Counted from the first letter of the stretch, positions 16,850 to 27,471 are shown. The stretch: DNA of 64,000 nucleotides from Pseudomonadota bacterium (GCA_043718025.1 JAYSWN010000001.1:22253-86252); one strand, 5' to 3'. The notes: a model not told the origin generated them from the letters alone. Translations and numbers: made by a program.

Positions 16850-19327
16850 ATGCAGCCGACGTCGCTTACGCCAATGCTCAGCCAGTACCTGGAAATTAAG
16901 CAGGGATACCCTGACTGCATTCTCTTTTATCAAATGGGCGATTTCTTTGAGATGTTTTTCGATGACGCTTTAGAGGCGGCGCCCCTTTTGGAAGTGCAAC
17001 TGACTTCTCGTGATCGCAACGCGGCCGATCGCATTCCGATGTGCGGCATTCCGGTGCATGCGTTGGCCACCTATCTGCCGCGTTTACTCGCTCACGGAAA
17101 ACGCGTGGCGGTTTGCCAGCAGGTGGAAGATTCGGCCGCCACCGTCGGAACTAAAGCGCTGGTTAAGCGAGAGGTGACTCGCGTTTTTACGCCGTCGTTA
17201 GTGGCCGACCCCGAACTGGTTTCCCCGGATACGCGCAACATTTTGTTTTCTTTCACGAGCGACAAAGAGAGTGCGGCGATCTGTTTGGTGGATCTGTTGG
17301 CGTCGGAAGCGCGTGCCGGGAGAGTTCATTCTAAAGAGGCTTGGCTCGATCTGTTTTACGAGTGGCAGCCAAAGGAAATTTTGCTGTCGTCGTCGGCGTT
17401 GGAGCACGAGTTTTTTAAAACTACGCTTAAACTTTTTCCGGCCATTACCGTCACCGTAAGGGAGAAAACTTTTGCGGGAAAAAACGCATTAGATCAAGTC
17501 TGGGCGGCGGCCAAAAATTACCTTACCGAAACCCAAGGGCCGGCGGGGGCGGCGCTCACCACACCGTTGCCGTTGCAAGGTATCGAAACGCTGCGCATGG
17601 ACGCCAGCACCCTTAACGCCCTTTCGGTGATTCGCACCCCTTGGAAAGAAGAGCTTTGTCTCTCCGATGTTTTAGATGGCACATTGACGTCGATGGGGCG
17701 TCGTCGATTAAAAGAATGGCTGCTGCATCCTTTAGGTTCGCTCAAAGCAATCAAAGAGCGGCACGATAGTGTTGAAAATTTTTTGCAAGCCGAACCACTT
17801 GCTGAATATGTGCGGGAGCATTTGAAATCGCTGCGCGATCTCGAGCGGCTGGCGACCAAAGCGCATTTGGGTTTAGCCCTTCCCAAAGATCTGGTGGCAA
17901 TCCGCGACGTGCTGGCCAAAATCCCCGGTTTGCAATTGATGTTACTTCAAGCCAAAGCAAAGAGACTTCGCGACATTGGGGCTACGCTCGATCCGCTGCT
18001 CGATCTGCAGGGGGTTCTCGTTCGCGCGCTCTTAGATGAGCCTAGCAACGCCATTCGCGAGGGAGGAATTTTGCAGGAGGGTTATCACCCCGAAATCGCC
18101 GAGCTTCGCTTGCTTTGCCACGATGCTAAGAGTTGGATCGCGGCCTTAGAAATTCGCGAAAAGGAACGTACCGGAATTGCTTCGTTGAAGGTGAAGTATA
18201 GCCGCGTGTTCGGCTACACGATTGAAGTCACGCGGTCGTACTTAGAGCGCGTGCCCAAGGAGTATAAGCGGAAGCAGACGATCGCCAATGGGGAGCGTTA
18301 CGTCACCGAGGAGCTTAAGACTTTCGAAGACAAGGCGTTGACGGCTGAGTCGCGGCTTTGTGCCGTGGAAGAGTCACTGTTTTTGGAGCTAAGAAAAAAA
18401 GTGGCCGCCCATGCCCCACGCCTTCTGCTCAATGCCCGTTTGCTATCGGAATTAGACGTACTGCAAGGCTTTGCTAAACAGGCGAAAGAGCGTGGTTACC
18501 GCCGTCCGCAAATGACGCCTAAGAATCGGGAGCAGGAAGATTCTTTTCTTATCGAAGAAGGGCGTCACCCCGTTTTAGAAACCGTGTTGCCGCCGGGGGA
18601 GTTTGTACCTAACTCGATTGAAATGTCGGAAGAGACCGGTCGTACTTGGCTGATTACCGGACCTAACATGGCCGGTAAATCGACAATCATGCGTCAAACG
18701 GCGCTAATCGCCATCATGGCGCAAGCTGGTTCGTTTGTTTCGGCGACCCGCGCCTGCCTGCCTCTTTTTGACGCGATTTTCACCCGCATTGGCAGCTCTG
18801 ACGATCTGACTCGCGGCCGCTCCACCTTTATGGTCGAGATGGCCGAAGTGTCGCGCATTATTGAAAAGAGCTCAGAAAAAAGCCTGATCCTTATCGATGA
18901 GATCGGCCGGGGCACCAGCACCTACGATGGTCTGGCGCTAGCTTGGTCAATTCTGGAATATTTGCACACTGAGACCAAAGCCAAAACCCTGTTCGCCACC
19001 CACTTTCATGAACTCACCTCGTTAGAGAAGAGCCTGAGCGGCCTCGTAAATAAGACAGTTTTAGTGGAACGAACTGGCAATGAGGTGGTTTTTTTGCACC
19101 GGCTGGGTAATGGCGCGTGTAGTCGTAGTTACGGGATCGACGTCGCGCGGTTAGCGGGCCTTCCTTCGAAAGTCTTAGCTAGAGCGGGTCAGGTGTTACG
19201 CCACCTGGAGAGTCAGTCAGAGCGGGTCGGTCGGGGAAGAAGCAGGGCGTTGCAGTTCACCGATAAACAATTGCTCTTTTTTGACGACGCTAAAGCTTCG
19301 GAAACCGTTGCTCCGCTTGATTCTTAA
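16850..19327 (+). CDS. mutS: DNA mismatch repair protein MutS
   Basis: TPM..QY, MGDFFEMF, TGPNMAGKST, IFTRIG, STFMVEM, DEIGRGTST, FATHFHEL, SYGI; C-terminal QLLFF clamp-binding-like motif; ATG16850 with AGGGG SD. Confidence 0.97.
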   Translation: MQPTSLTPMLSQYLEIKQGYPDCILFYQMGDFFEMFFDDALEAAPLLEVQLTSRDRNAADRIPMCGIPVHALATYLPRLLAHGKRVAVCQQVEDSAATVGTKALVKREVTRVFTPSLVADPELVSPDTRNILFSFTSDKESAAICLVDLLASEARAGRVHSKEAWLDLFYEWQPKEILLSSSALEHEFFKTTLKLFPAITVTVREKTFAGKNALDQVWAAAKNYLTETQGPAGAALTTPLPLQGIETLRMDASTLNALSVIRTPWKEELCLSDVLDGTLTSMGRRRLKEWLLHPLGSLKAIKERHDSVENFLQAEPLAEYVREHLKSLRDLERLATKAHLGLALPKDLVAIRDVLAKIPGLQLMLLQAKAKRLRDIGATLDPLLDLQGVLVRALLDEPSNAIREGGILQEGYHPEIAELRLLCHDAKSWIAALEIREKERTGIASLKVKYSRVFGYTIEVTRSYLERVPKEYKRKQTIANGERYVTEELKTFEDKALTAESRLCAVEESLFLELRKKVAAHAPRLLLNARLLSELDVLQGFAKQAKERGYRRPQMTPKNREQEDSFLIEEGRHPVLETVLPPGEFVPNSIEMSEETGRTWLITGPNMAGKSTIMRQTALIAIMAQAGSFVSATRACLPLFDAIFTRIGSSDDLTRGRSTFMVEMAEVSRIIEKSSEKSLILIDEIGRGTSTYDGLALAWSILEYLHTETKAKTLFATHFHELTSLEKSLSGLVNKTVLVERTGNEVVFLHRLGNGACSRSYGIDVARLAGLPSKVLARAGQVLRHLESQSERVGRGRSRALQFTDKQLLFFDDAKASETVAPLDS

Positions 19328-19456
19328 CAAAAACAAAAAAACTCGATTGACAGCGGAAACCCATAAAAATATCACTTACCAATTCCAGCATTTAACTGCT
19401 GGAACCTCATCTATTTCCGGTAAAGCAGTTACTACCCGAAATTCTAACCTCTATTT

Positions 19457-19645
19457 CTATCCACAGGCTGTGGATAACTCCTGTGGATTCATTGACTCTG
19501 CGCGCCAAATCTTTTATGGTGGCGCCGTTTCAATTCCACTTAATAATTTAACATCATTGAGTTTTCTAATGACCCGTGTCATCTCATGTCAGAAAAAACG
19601 GACTTAAAGAAAGGCTACAAAGTTTTCCACAGCCCCTGTGAACAG
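19457..19645. promoter_or_regulatory. DnaA-box cluster around a sigma70-like promoter
   Basis: CTATCCACA 19457-19465, TGTGGATAA 19469-19477 (perfect), TGTGGATTC 19482-19490, TTTTCCACA 19623-19631, TGTGAACAG 19637-19645; TTGACT-17-TATGGT at 19492-19520. Confidence 0.65.
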
Positions 19646-20467
19646 ACCGGGATTTGTCTGTCGGTGGTGCTGGTTCGCCCAGAGAACGGCGCGAACATTG
19701 GTTCGATCGCTCGAGCTATGGCTAATTTTGGCGTTAAGTCCTCGCTAAAGATCGTTGGCCGAAACGCTGAAATTATTGATGCGCAGAGTTACCGTCTTGC
19801 GGTTCACGCGGAAGACATCTTACGCGGCGCTGAATTTTTTGAGTCGCTACCGGCACTTTTCGGCGCAAAACCAAGGTCGATTCGTTTAGCCGCTACCGCC
19901 CGCATCGCTTCCGCCCATCGGGCCCACCCGACGCGGGTAGATCAGGCAATTCCGCAGATTGTAGAAATGGCGCAAGCTGAACAAATCGATGAAGTTTTCT
20001 TTGTGTTCGGCTGCGAAAGTGATGGCCTTACCAATGACGAAGTGGCGGCTTGTGATCGCGTGGTCACCATTGCGTCGGCTAGCGATTACCGATCGCTCAA
20101 CTTGGCGCAGGCCGTCGTGGTGTTTTTGTATGAATGGAACCGGGCCTGGCTGCGAGAGGCGGAAAAGCCCGATGGCGCGTTGGCAACCTCGCGCGGCCAA
20201 AAACAAAAGCTCATCAGCCACTTTATAAAGCTGGCCGAGGAGGTTGGTTTTATCTTACCGGACGACCCTTTTAAGATGCGTCCCCGCCTCGAAATGATTT
20301 TGGCGGCACTTCCCCCCCACGTACCTGAAGTGCGGACTCTGCATGGGCTGCTCGACCAAATATCGCGAAGCCTAAAAAAAGGGGTACCGGATATAAAGGG
20401 AAGGTACCGAAGCCATTGGAAAAAGGACGAGCCTGGGTTGATTTCCCCGGAAGACCGCCTAGATTAA
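19586..20467 (+). CDS. SPOUT RNA methyltransferase, TrmJ/LasT (TrmH family)
   Basis: VVLVRP...NIGSIARAMANFG, VFGCESDGLTN, YRSLNLAQAV; start uncertain. Confidence 0.88.
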   Translation: MSEKTDLKKGYKVFHSPCEQTGICLSVVLVRPENGANIGSIARAMANFGVKSSLKIVGRNAEIIDAQSYRLAVHAEDILRGAEFFESLPALFGAKPRSIRLAATARIASAHRAHPTRVDQAIPQIVEMAQAEQIDEVFFVFGCESDGLTNDEVAACDRVVTIASASDYRSLNLAQAVVVFLYEWNRAWLREAEKPDGALATSRGQKQKLISHFIKLAEEVGFILPDDPFKMRPRLEMILAALPPHVPEVRTLHGLLDQISRSLKKGVPDIKGRYRSHWKKDEPGLISPEDRLD

Positions 20468-20486
20468 CGCTTTTGGAGTTTGAGCT

Positions 20487-21059
20487 ATGATTGGTGAAGA
20501 GAAAAACGAAGAAAATGTGCCTAACGAACTTGAGAATGGCGAGGAAAACGCTAACGGTTCAGCCGACGCTTCGCCCGAAACGCTGTTTGCGGAAAAGGAA
20601 GCCCGGCTTACGCAAGAGCTGCTGTATCAGCGTGCAGAGTTCGATAACTACAAGAAGCGGATACTTCGCGAGCAAGACAGCGCGATCAAGTTTGCCAACG
20701 AGCGCTTTGTGCGTGAGCTACTTCCCATCGTCGATCTCTTTGATCGTGCCACCCATACCTCCGAACCGCTTAAGGCAAAGCTTGAGGGCAATCCACTCAA
20801 GAATGAGTTGAGCTCTTTCGTAATTGGCGTCGAGATGACCCAAAAAGAGCTTATCCAAACATTAGGCCGAATCGGGGTAGAATTCATTGGAGTCAAAAGC
20901 GAAGCGTTTGACCCGCAGCGCCATGAAGCCATCTCTGAAACCGAAACTACAGATCCAGACCAAGTGGGAAAAGTGATGCTGGTGGCGCAACGTGGCTGCG
21001 TTTTTAATGGCCGGCTGTTAAAGCCAGCCCAAGTCGTAGTTGGCCGAGCCAAAGAATAA
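20487..21059 (+). CDS. grpE: Nucleotide exchange factor GrpE
   Basis: AEFDNYKKR, LLPIVD, FDPQRHEA, RLLKPAQVVV. Confidence 0.95.
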   Translation: MIGEEKNEENVPNELENGEENANGSADASPETLFAEKEARLTQELLYQRAEFDNYKKRILREQDSAIKFANERFVRELLPIVDLFDRATHTSEPLKAKLEGNPLKNELSSFVIGVEMTQKELIQTLGRIGVEFIGVKSEAFDPQRHEAISETETTDPDQVGKVMLVAQRGCVFNGRLLKPAQVVVGRAKE

Positions 21060-21064
21060 ATTTC

Positions 21065-22165
21065 ATGAGCAAACGAGATTATTACGAAGTGCTTGGAGTC
21101 GTTAAGAGCGTAAGCGACGACGAGCTTAAAAAAGCTTTTCGCAAAATGGCGATTCAGCATCATCCTGATCGCAATCCGGGCGACAAGTCAGCTGAAGAGA
21201 AATTTAAAGAACTCAACGAAGCCTATCAGGTGCTGAGTGATCCCCAGCGCAAAGCGGCTTACGACCAGTTCGGCCACGCCGGTCTTGGCGGTATGGGCGG
21301 CGGTTCTGGTCAGGGTTTCGGCGGCTTCACCGATATTTTCGACAACCTTTTTAACGACATCTTTGGTGGCGGCTCGGGTGGCGGCCAACGCGGTGGCGTT
21401 GATCTTCGTTATCAGCTGCAAATTGCCTTTGAAGAGGCCGTTTTCGGAGTTGAGAAGAAAATTCATTTCGAGAAAGAGTCGGTCTGCGACACCTGCCGAG
21501 GCTCCGGAGCTAAAGAAGGCACCAAATCTAAGGCGTGCAAACAATGTAAAGGGTCGGGCCAGGTCCGCTTCAATCAGGGTTTTTTTGTTTTGACCCGCAC
21601 CTGCACCGCCTGTTCGGGACGCGGCGAGACGATCGAGGACAAGTGCGGGACGTGCCGTGGCGCCGGTCGTACGAAAAAGAAGACCGAAGTGGTCGTAAAA
21701 ATTCCCGCCGGCATTGATTCTGGCCAGCGGCTCCGTTTAAAGGGCGAAGGCGAAGCCGGGGCTCCCGGCGGTTCAGCCGGAGATCTGTACGTTGAGGTTT
21801 TGGTTCAAGATCACGCCCTCTTTCGGCGTGAAGGTGAGCACATCATTTTAGAAATGCCGATTAGCCTGGTTCAAGCCGCCTTGGGAAGCGATATGGAGGT
21901 GCCCACCATCGGTGGCACGACGCAGCTCAAAGTTCCAGCCGGCACCCAAAGTGGCGAGCTGTTTCGACTTAAGGGCAAGGGAATTCGTCGCCTGAACGGT
22001 TCTGGATTCGGTGACCAGGTGGTTCGGGTTCACGTGGAAGTGCCGCAAAAGCTGACGCGGCGGCAAAGGGAACTCTTGGAGGAGTTCGAGAGAGAGGGTA
22101 GCATCGACTCTCAACCAGGGGTTTCGAGCTTTGCAAAAAAATTTCGCGAGATTTTTCGGTCGTAA
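21065..22165 (+). CDS. dnaJ: Chaperone DnaJ
   Basis: J-domain with HPD, G/F-rich region, four CxxCxGxG repeats. Confidence 0.98.
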   Translation: MSKRDYYEVLGVVKSVSDDELKKAFRKMAIQHHPDRNPGDKSAEEKFKELNEAYQVLSDPQRKAAYDQFGHAGLGGMGGGSGQGFGGFTDIFDNLFNDIFGGGSGGGQRGGVDLRYQLQIAFEEAVFGVEKKIHFEKESVCDTCRGSGAKEGTKSKACKQCKGSGQVRFNQGFFVLTRTCTACSGRGETIEDKCGTCRGAGRTKKKTEVVVKIPAGIDSGQRLRLKGEGEAGAPGGSAGDLYVEVLVQDHALFRREGEHIILEMPISLVQAALGSDMEVPTIGGTTQLKVPAGTQSGELFRLKGKGIRRLNGSGFGDQVVRVHVEVPQKLTRRQRELLEEFEREGSIDSQPGVSSFAKKFREIFRS

Positions 22166-22166
22166 T

Positions 22167-24116
22167 ATGAAGTTATTTCTTTTTTGCGTCGCCGTGCTTT
22201 TGCTAAGCGGTTGTGCCTCCCAAAAAATTCAGGGCGGCGGCATCGAACCGGGTGATTTCCGTTCGCAAAAGGTCGAGCCCGAAGCCCGTTCCACTTTTCA
22301 AGCGGCCGAGCGAGCCTTGGCGGCCCGCAACTATGAAGAGGCCCGGCGTCTTTACCTGCAATTGCGTACGCGCCACCCCAAAGGCAAAGCCGCGATGGTG
22401 GCCACTTACCGGCTTGGTTCGGTTCACTACTATCAAGAGGAGTATGCGCAAGCGTCACGCGAGTTCGAAGTCTTTTTAGCGCGTTACCCCAAGAGCGAGC
22501 TCGTCCTCGACGCCAACTACAATTTGGCGGCGTGCGAGTTTCAGCAGGGCAAATACGAACGGGCCCGTCAAATTCTGCAAAAAATGAAGCCCGATGAAAT
22601 TAAGGCGCAGGGGCCCCGCCGCTCTGAAGTGATCTATGCGCTTATCGCGCAGTCGAGCATTGCCATGGGCAAGCACGGCGACGCCGTGCGCGCCATCTCG
22701 GCGCAAATGCAATTGCCGATCGAGGCCGGCAAGCGTGCTGCCCTGTTAGACAAGGCTGAACTTGAAATCGCAAAAATGGGTGACCAGCAAGAGCTGGACG
22801 GGCTACAGAATGAAGTGACTGAGCCGCAGGTGCGATCGCGCATCGCTTCGCGCCTTACGCAGTTTCGTGGCACGGGTCCGGGTGAACTACCGCTTCCCCC
22901 GGCGGGTTCCATTCCCAAGGCCAGCGCGCCCGACGAAGTGATTTCACCGTCGCTTAGCGGCGGTGGCGGCGCGGCAGAAAAAACCCACATCGGCGTAGTG
23001 CTACCGTTGTCGGGAAAATTTTCTGCTTACGGTAAGCGTGCGTTGGACGGCATCTTGCTGGCGTCGGGCACTTTCGCAAGAGATGGCGGCTCGTCCATTC
23101 GCGTATTCGTTGAAGACTCAGGCGGTAATCCCATTACGGCTCAGCAGGCCGTTGAAAAATTGGTACGTGAACACAAGGTGATCGCCATCTTGGGTCCGCT
23201 GAGTTGGAAAGAGTCGCTGGCGGTTGCCGAAAAGGCCCAGCAATTGGGTGTCTTGAATTTATCCCTCACTGGAAAAGAGGGCATTTCTGAAAAAGGCCCC
23301 TATCTTTTTCAGAACGCGCTGACGCCTAAGGTGCAGCTTGAAAATCTGGTGCAGCATTGCGTGCAGACCAAAGGTTACAAACGTTTTGCGATCATGGCTC
23401 CGAACAATCCCTACGGAAAAGACATGGCATCGCAGTTTTGGGACTTGGTTGAAGCCAATGGCGGAAAAGTGGTGGGCTACCGTAACTACGCGGCTGACGA
23501 AAAAGACTTTCAAGCTACGATTCGTGAGCTGGTCGGGCTGGCCAATCCGCGACTTCGTCGGGCAGAGTGGGCAAAGCTGCAGGAGTTCATTAAAGAACAA
23601 AAAGCAAAAACGGGAAAAGAGCCCAAGGTTAAATTGCCTCCCCTCATTACGTTTGATGCTCTGTTCATTCCCGATGGGCCCAAGGCGGCCGCCACGATTG
23701 CCGCCAGCCTGAATTATTTAGATGTCTTTTCCATGCCCCTAATTGGCACCGCAGAGTGGAACAGTGACCAGCTCTATCGACGCGGCGGCCGTTCGGTAGA
23801 AGGGGCCTTATTTCCCGGCAGCCTCAGTATGAATACCAAGAATGTCTCGCAACGCGAATTCATCAAGTTTTTTACGGAGAACGTTGGCAACACCCCTGAC
23901 TTATTAGCGACGCAAGCGTACGAAGCGATGGCCATGATTGTTTCCGCGCTTCGCGGATCGGGCTCGGGGCGTAACGACATTGTGAATAAGTTGAGTGCCG
24001 TGCGAGACTTTCAGGGACCGCTGGGTTCGGTGGTCTTCGATGCAACTCGGATCGCCCGACGAAAGATGCCAATTTACCAGTTAGAAGCTGGTGGCAACAT
24101 CATCGAACAAAACTGA
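22167..24116 (+). CDS. Lipoprotein with N-terminal TPRs and C-terminal periplasmic-binding fold (LpoA/LppC-like PBP activator family)
   Basis: Lipobox LSGC after ATG22167; TPR repeats; IGVVLPLSG, ILGPL, FDALFIPD motifs. Confidence 0.78.
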   Translation: MKLFLFCVAVLLLSGCASQKIQGGGIEPGDFRSQKVEPEARSTFQAAERALAARNYEEARRLYLQLRTRHPKGKAAMVATYRLGSVHYYQEEYAQASREFEVFLARYPKSELVLDANYNLAACEFQQGKYERARQILQKMKPDEIKAQGPRRSEVIYALIAQSSIAMGKHGDAVRAISAQMQLPIEAGKRAALLDKAELEIAKMGDQQELDGLQNEVTEPQVRSRIASRLTQFRGTGPGELPLPPAGSIPKASAPDEVISPSLSGGGGAAEKTHIGVVLPLSGKFSAYGKRALDGILLASGTFARDGGSSIRVFVEDSGGNPITAQQAVEKLVREHKVIAILGPLSWKESLAVAEKAQQLGVLNLSLTGKEGISEKGPYLFQNALTPKVQLENLVQHCVQTKGYKRFAIMAPNNPYGKDMASQFWDLVEANGGKVVGYRNYAADEKDFQATIRELVGLANPRLRRAEWAKLQEFIKEQKAKTGKEPKVKLPPLITFDALFIPDGPKAAATIAASLNYLDVFSMPLIGTAEWNSDQLYRRGGRSVEGALFPGSLSMNTKNVSQREFIKFFTENVGNTPDLLATQAYEAMAMIVSALRGSGSGRNDIVNKLSAVRDFQGPLGSVVFDATRIARRKMPIYQLEAGGNIIEQN

Positions 24117-24176
24117 TTCTCGTGGTTCGCGTTTTACGAGGGCACGGCACCCCATTTCTAACTGCAAATCCTTCTA

Positions 24177-24205
24177 TTGCTGCGTTCCCGAGTCTTTGTT
24201 AAGAT
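24177..24205 (+). promoter_or_regulatory. Candidate sigma70 promoter for dksA
   Basis: TTGCTG-17 bp-TAAGAT with an extended -10 TG. Confidence 0.45.
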
Positions 24206-24353
24206 TTAGCTTAGATTAATTGAATGACTTCAGCCGCTCTGCGGCATGCTTCGAAGTCTACTGATGTCCCTCGCTCAGGGACAACCATCGCCAAACAAAA
24301 CCGAATCCTAAGTAAACCTTAGACACAGCGATATCACCCCTGGAGAACTGCCC

Positions 24354-24740
24354 ATGAAAAAGAAGGACTTGACCCTCTTCACTGACCGTTTGCTCGAAGA
24401 AAAATCGCGAATTTTGAATGGTCCGGCCCGCATTCGAAAGGAAGAGCTGGCGCTCAGTACCGACGATCTTGCTGACGAGGCTGATTTGGCCTCAAGTGGT
24501 TTAACGCAGAGCATGAACATTCGTCTGCGCGACCGCGAAACCTTGCTGCTCAAAAAGATTGAAGAGGCGCTAAGCAAGATTCAGCGCGGTGAGTTTGGCG
24601 TCTGCGAAGGCTGCGAAGAGCCCATTGAAATGAAACGGCTCCAAGCCCGCCCGATGGCCGACATGTGCATTCGCTGCAAAGAGGCCGAAGAGCTGGTTGA
24701 GCGCACCATGCAGTCTGGCCCTCCCGCCACGGCGGCCTGA
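24354..24740 (+). CDS. dksA: DksA/TraR C4 zinc-finger protein
   Basis: Coiled coil with DEADLA tip; CEGC...MCIRC zinc finger; GGAG SD. Confidence 0.9.
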   Translation: MKKKDLTLFTDRLLEEKSRILNGPARIRKEELALSTDDLADEADLASSGLTQSMNIRLRDRETLLLKKIEEALSKIQRGEFGVCEGCEEPIEMKRLQARPMADMCIRCKEAEELVERTMQSGPPATAA

Positions 24741-24785
24741 GCTCGGACGATCCACTAGCCGAAATTAAAAATCGCCAGATCCCGA

Positions 24786-24836
24786 GGAGGAGGCGAAGAG
24801 GAGTGCGATTGCGATCCCTCCTTTTTGTTCTCCTCC
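24786..24836 (+). terminator. Long G-U-rich hairpin downstream of dksA (terminator or stabilising stem)
   Basis: GGAGGAGGCGAAGAGGAG pairs with CTCCTTTTTGTTCTCCTCC (one bulge, G-U pairs that work only on the + strand). Confidence 0.5.
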
Positions 24837-24971
24837 CCCCCAAACTTTGCCGCAAAAACCTACCGAACGCCCAACCTGCCTCCGCCCAAATACAATCCTA
24901 AAGAACCTCTCCGCAGTTTCCGATAAATCAATTGAGAGTCACTTCACTTAACCCTTAATGGGGGTCCCAAA

Positions 24972-27425
24972 ATGGGCAACGAGTTCTCAGAAAACGAAGA
25001 GTTAGTCATTCCGGATGAGTTACCACTTCTTCCCATCCGCGATGTAGTTGTCTACCCGTACATGATTATCCCCCTCTTCGTTGGAAGAGAGCCCTCCATC
25101 CGGGCCGTTAATGAGGCGCTAGCCAAAGATCGGTTGATCTTTTTGGCCGCCCAAAAAGAGATAACCGACGAAAATCCGAGCGCAGAAAGTATCTTCCCCA
25201 TCGGAACCATTTCGATGATTATGCGGATGAGAAAACTGCCCGATGGCCGAGTGAAAATTCTCGTGCAAGGCTTGATGAAGGGAACGATCACCAACTTCCA
25301 ACAGGAAAAACCTTTCTTTATCGCTCAAGTAAAACAAATTAAAGAAAAACCCGCACTTCGTGAGCAAGTAGAAGTTGAAGCGTTGATGCGCACCGTTCGC
25401 GAGAACCTTGAAAAAGTTATTTCGATGGGCCGCATGCTGTCGCCCGATATTCTCATGGTAGTCGACGATATTAACGACGGGGGACGCTTAGCCGATTTGA
25501 TTGCTTCAAACCTTGGCCTCAAGGTGGAAGACGCGCAAGGTATTTTGGAACAGTTTGACCCCTTCGATCGTCTGAAAAAAGTGAACGAAATTTTGGTGAA
25601 AGAGTTAGAGATATTGGGCATGCAAGCCCGAATCCGCTCGCAAGCCCGCGACGAGATGACTAAGAGTCAACGCGAGTACTTTTTGCGCGAGCAGATTCGC
25701 GCCATTAAAAACGAACTTGGTGACACCGAATCTAAGTCGGAAGAGATCAATGAATTGCGCAGTAAGATCGAAGCCTGCAAAATGCCTCCCGAAGTGCACG
25801 AAGAGGCCATTAAGCAGGTGGGTCGCCTAGAGCGCATGCACCAAGATGCCAGCGAGGCGACGATAGTCCGCACCTACTTGGATTGGCTGGTCGATGTGCC
25901 ATGGAGCAAAGCCAGCGAAGACAATTTGGATTTGGTAGAAGCGCAAAGAATTTTGGATGAAGATCATTTCGATCTCAAAAAGATCAAGGAACGTATCCTT
26001 GAATTCTTAGCGGTTCGAAAACTGAAGTCGAAGATGAAGGGTCCAATCCTTTGCTTCGTTGGCCCCCCGGGCGTCGGTAAAACGAGCCTTGGAAAATCGA
26101 TTGCCCGAGCGATGGGACGTAAGTTCGTACGTATCTCCCTAGGCGGCATTCGTGATGAGGCCGACATTCGCGGTCACCGCCGTACCTACGTGGGCGCGAT
26201 GCCCGGGCGTATCGTGCAGGGTTTGAAACAAGCGGGCACTTCGAATCCCATCTTCATGTTGGATGAGATCGATAAGTTGGGTCAGGATTTTCGCGGTGAC
26301 CCGGCATCGGCTCTTCTCGAAGTTTTAGATCCGGAGCAAAACTTTAGCTTCCGCGATCATTACCTGAATCTCCCTTACGATCTCTCGAATGTAATGTTCG
26401 TAGCGACCGCCAACTTGATGGACACCGTGCCTTCAGCGTTGCGCGACCGTATGGAAGTGATCCAGCTCGCGGGCTACAGTCAGGAAGAAAAGCTTCAGAT
26501 CGCCAAACGCTTCATCATGGATAAACAGCGCGAAGAAAACGGGCTGAAACCAGACGAAGTTAGCGTCAGCGACAAGGCCATTGCCCGGATCGTTACGCAG
26601 TACACTCAAGAGGCCGGTCTTCGTAATCTCGAGCGCAATGTTGCGGCGATTTACCGCAAGGTGGCCCGCAAGATAGCGACCTCTGAAACCAAGCTTGAAA
26701 AAGTGGTGGTAAAAGAGGCTTCGATTCCAAAGTACTTGGGACCGCCGCGATTGCTAAAGGAAGAAGAGCGCGAGTACGACGAAGTGGGCGTGGCCACCGG
26801 TTTGGCCTGGACCCAATTTGGCGGCGAAATCTTAAGCATCGAAGTCACGATGATGAAGAAAAACGGTGGTGGTTTAACCCTCACCGGTTCTCTCGGCGAC
26901 GTGATGAAAGAGTCGGCCACGGCGGCGCTAAGTTACGTGCGCAGCAAGGCGGCCTCTTACGGAATCGATGAAAAGGTTTTTTCGAAATACGAAATTCACG
27001 TTCACGTTCCTCAAGGGGCGACGCCCAAAGATGGTCCTTCGGCGGGTATTACGCTGGTAACGGCAATGGTTTCTCTACTTACCGGTAATCCGATTCGCAG
27101 AGATGTGGCGATGACCGGCGAAGTGACTTTACGCGGGCATGTGCTTCCCATCGGCGGCTTGAAAGAGAAGACGTTGGCGGCATTGAGGCACGGCGTGAAG
27201 ACCATAATCATTCCGTTTCGAAATCATAAGGACCTCGATGAAGTTCCAAAACGTCTTAAGAAGAAATGTACCTTCTTGATGGCGCGCGAAGTTCACGAAG
27301 TTCTTAACCACGCGTTGGTAAACAACCCGTTCGAATGGGCAAAGCAAGTTCCGCCGATGTCGGATGAGGGCGACAGCCAATCCACGATTCCGCTTACGGC
27401 CAAGGCTCACGATCGCGCGGCGTAA
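24972..27425 (+). CDS. lon: ATP-dependent Lon protease
   Basis: Lon N-domain, [30 protein letters not shown] catalytic Ser, IGGLKEK. Confidence 0.98.
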   Translation: MGNEFSENEELVIPDELPLLPIRDVVVYPYMIIPLFVGREPSIRAVNEALAKDRLIFLAAQKEITDENPSAESIFPIGTISMIMRMRKLPDGRVKILVQGLMKGTITNFQQEKPFFIAQVKQIKEKPALREQVEVEALMRTVRENLEKVISMGRMLSPDILMVVDDINDGGRLADLIASNLGLKVEDAQGILEQFDPFDRLKKVNEILVKELEILGMQARIRSQARDEMTKSQREYFLREQIRAIKNELGDTESKSEEINELRSKIEACKMPPEVHEEAIKQVGRLERMHQDASEATIVRTYLDWLVDVPWSKASEDNLDLVEAQRILDEDHFDLKKIKERILEFLAVRKLKSKMKGPILCFVGPPGVGKTSLGKSIARAMGRKFVRISLGGIRDEADIRGHRRTYVGAMPGRIVQGLKQAGTSNPIFMLDEIDKLGQDFRGDPASALLEVLDPEQNFSFRDHYLNLPYDLSNVMFVATANLMDTVPSALRDRMEVIQLAGYSQEEKLQIAKRFIMDKQREENGLKPDEVSVSDKAIARIVTQYTQEAGLRNLERNVAAIYRKVARKIATSETKLEKVVVKEASIPKYLGPPRLLKEEEREYDEVGVATGLAWTQFGGEILSIEVTMMKKNGGGLTLTGSLGDVMKESATAALSYVRSKAASYGIDEKVFSKYEIHVHVPQGATPKDGPSAGITLVTAMVSLLTGNPIRRDVAMTGEVTLRGHVLPIGGLKEKTLAALRHGVKTIIIPFRNHKDLDEVPKRLKKKCTFLMAREVHEVLNHALVNNPFEWAKQVPPMSDEGDSQSTIPLTAKAHDRAA

Positions 27426-27471
27426 GTTTAAAAAAGCCGCTGCGAAAAACGCAGTGACAATATAATCTTCG

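Noticed and set aside
19328..19645. Firm call as oriC
   Set aside because: No replication genes nearby, no clear DnaA-trio run and no gene-orientation switch; skew cannot be judged from this window.
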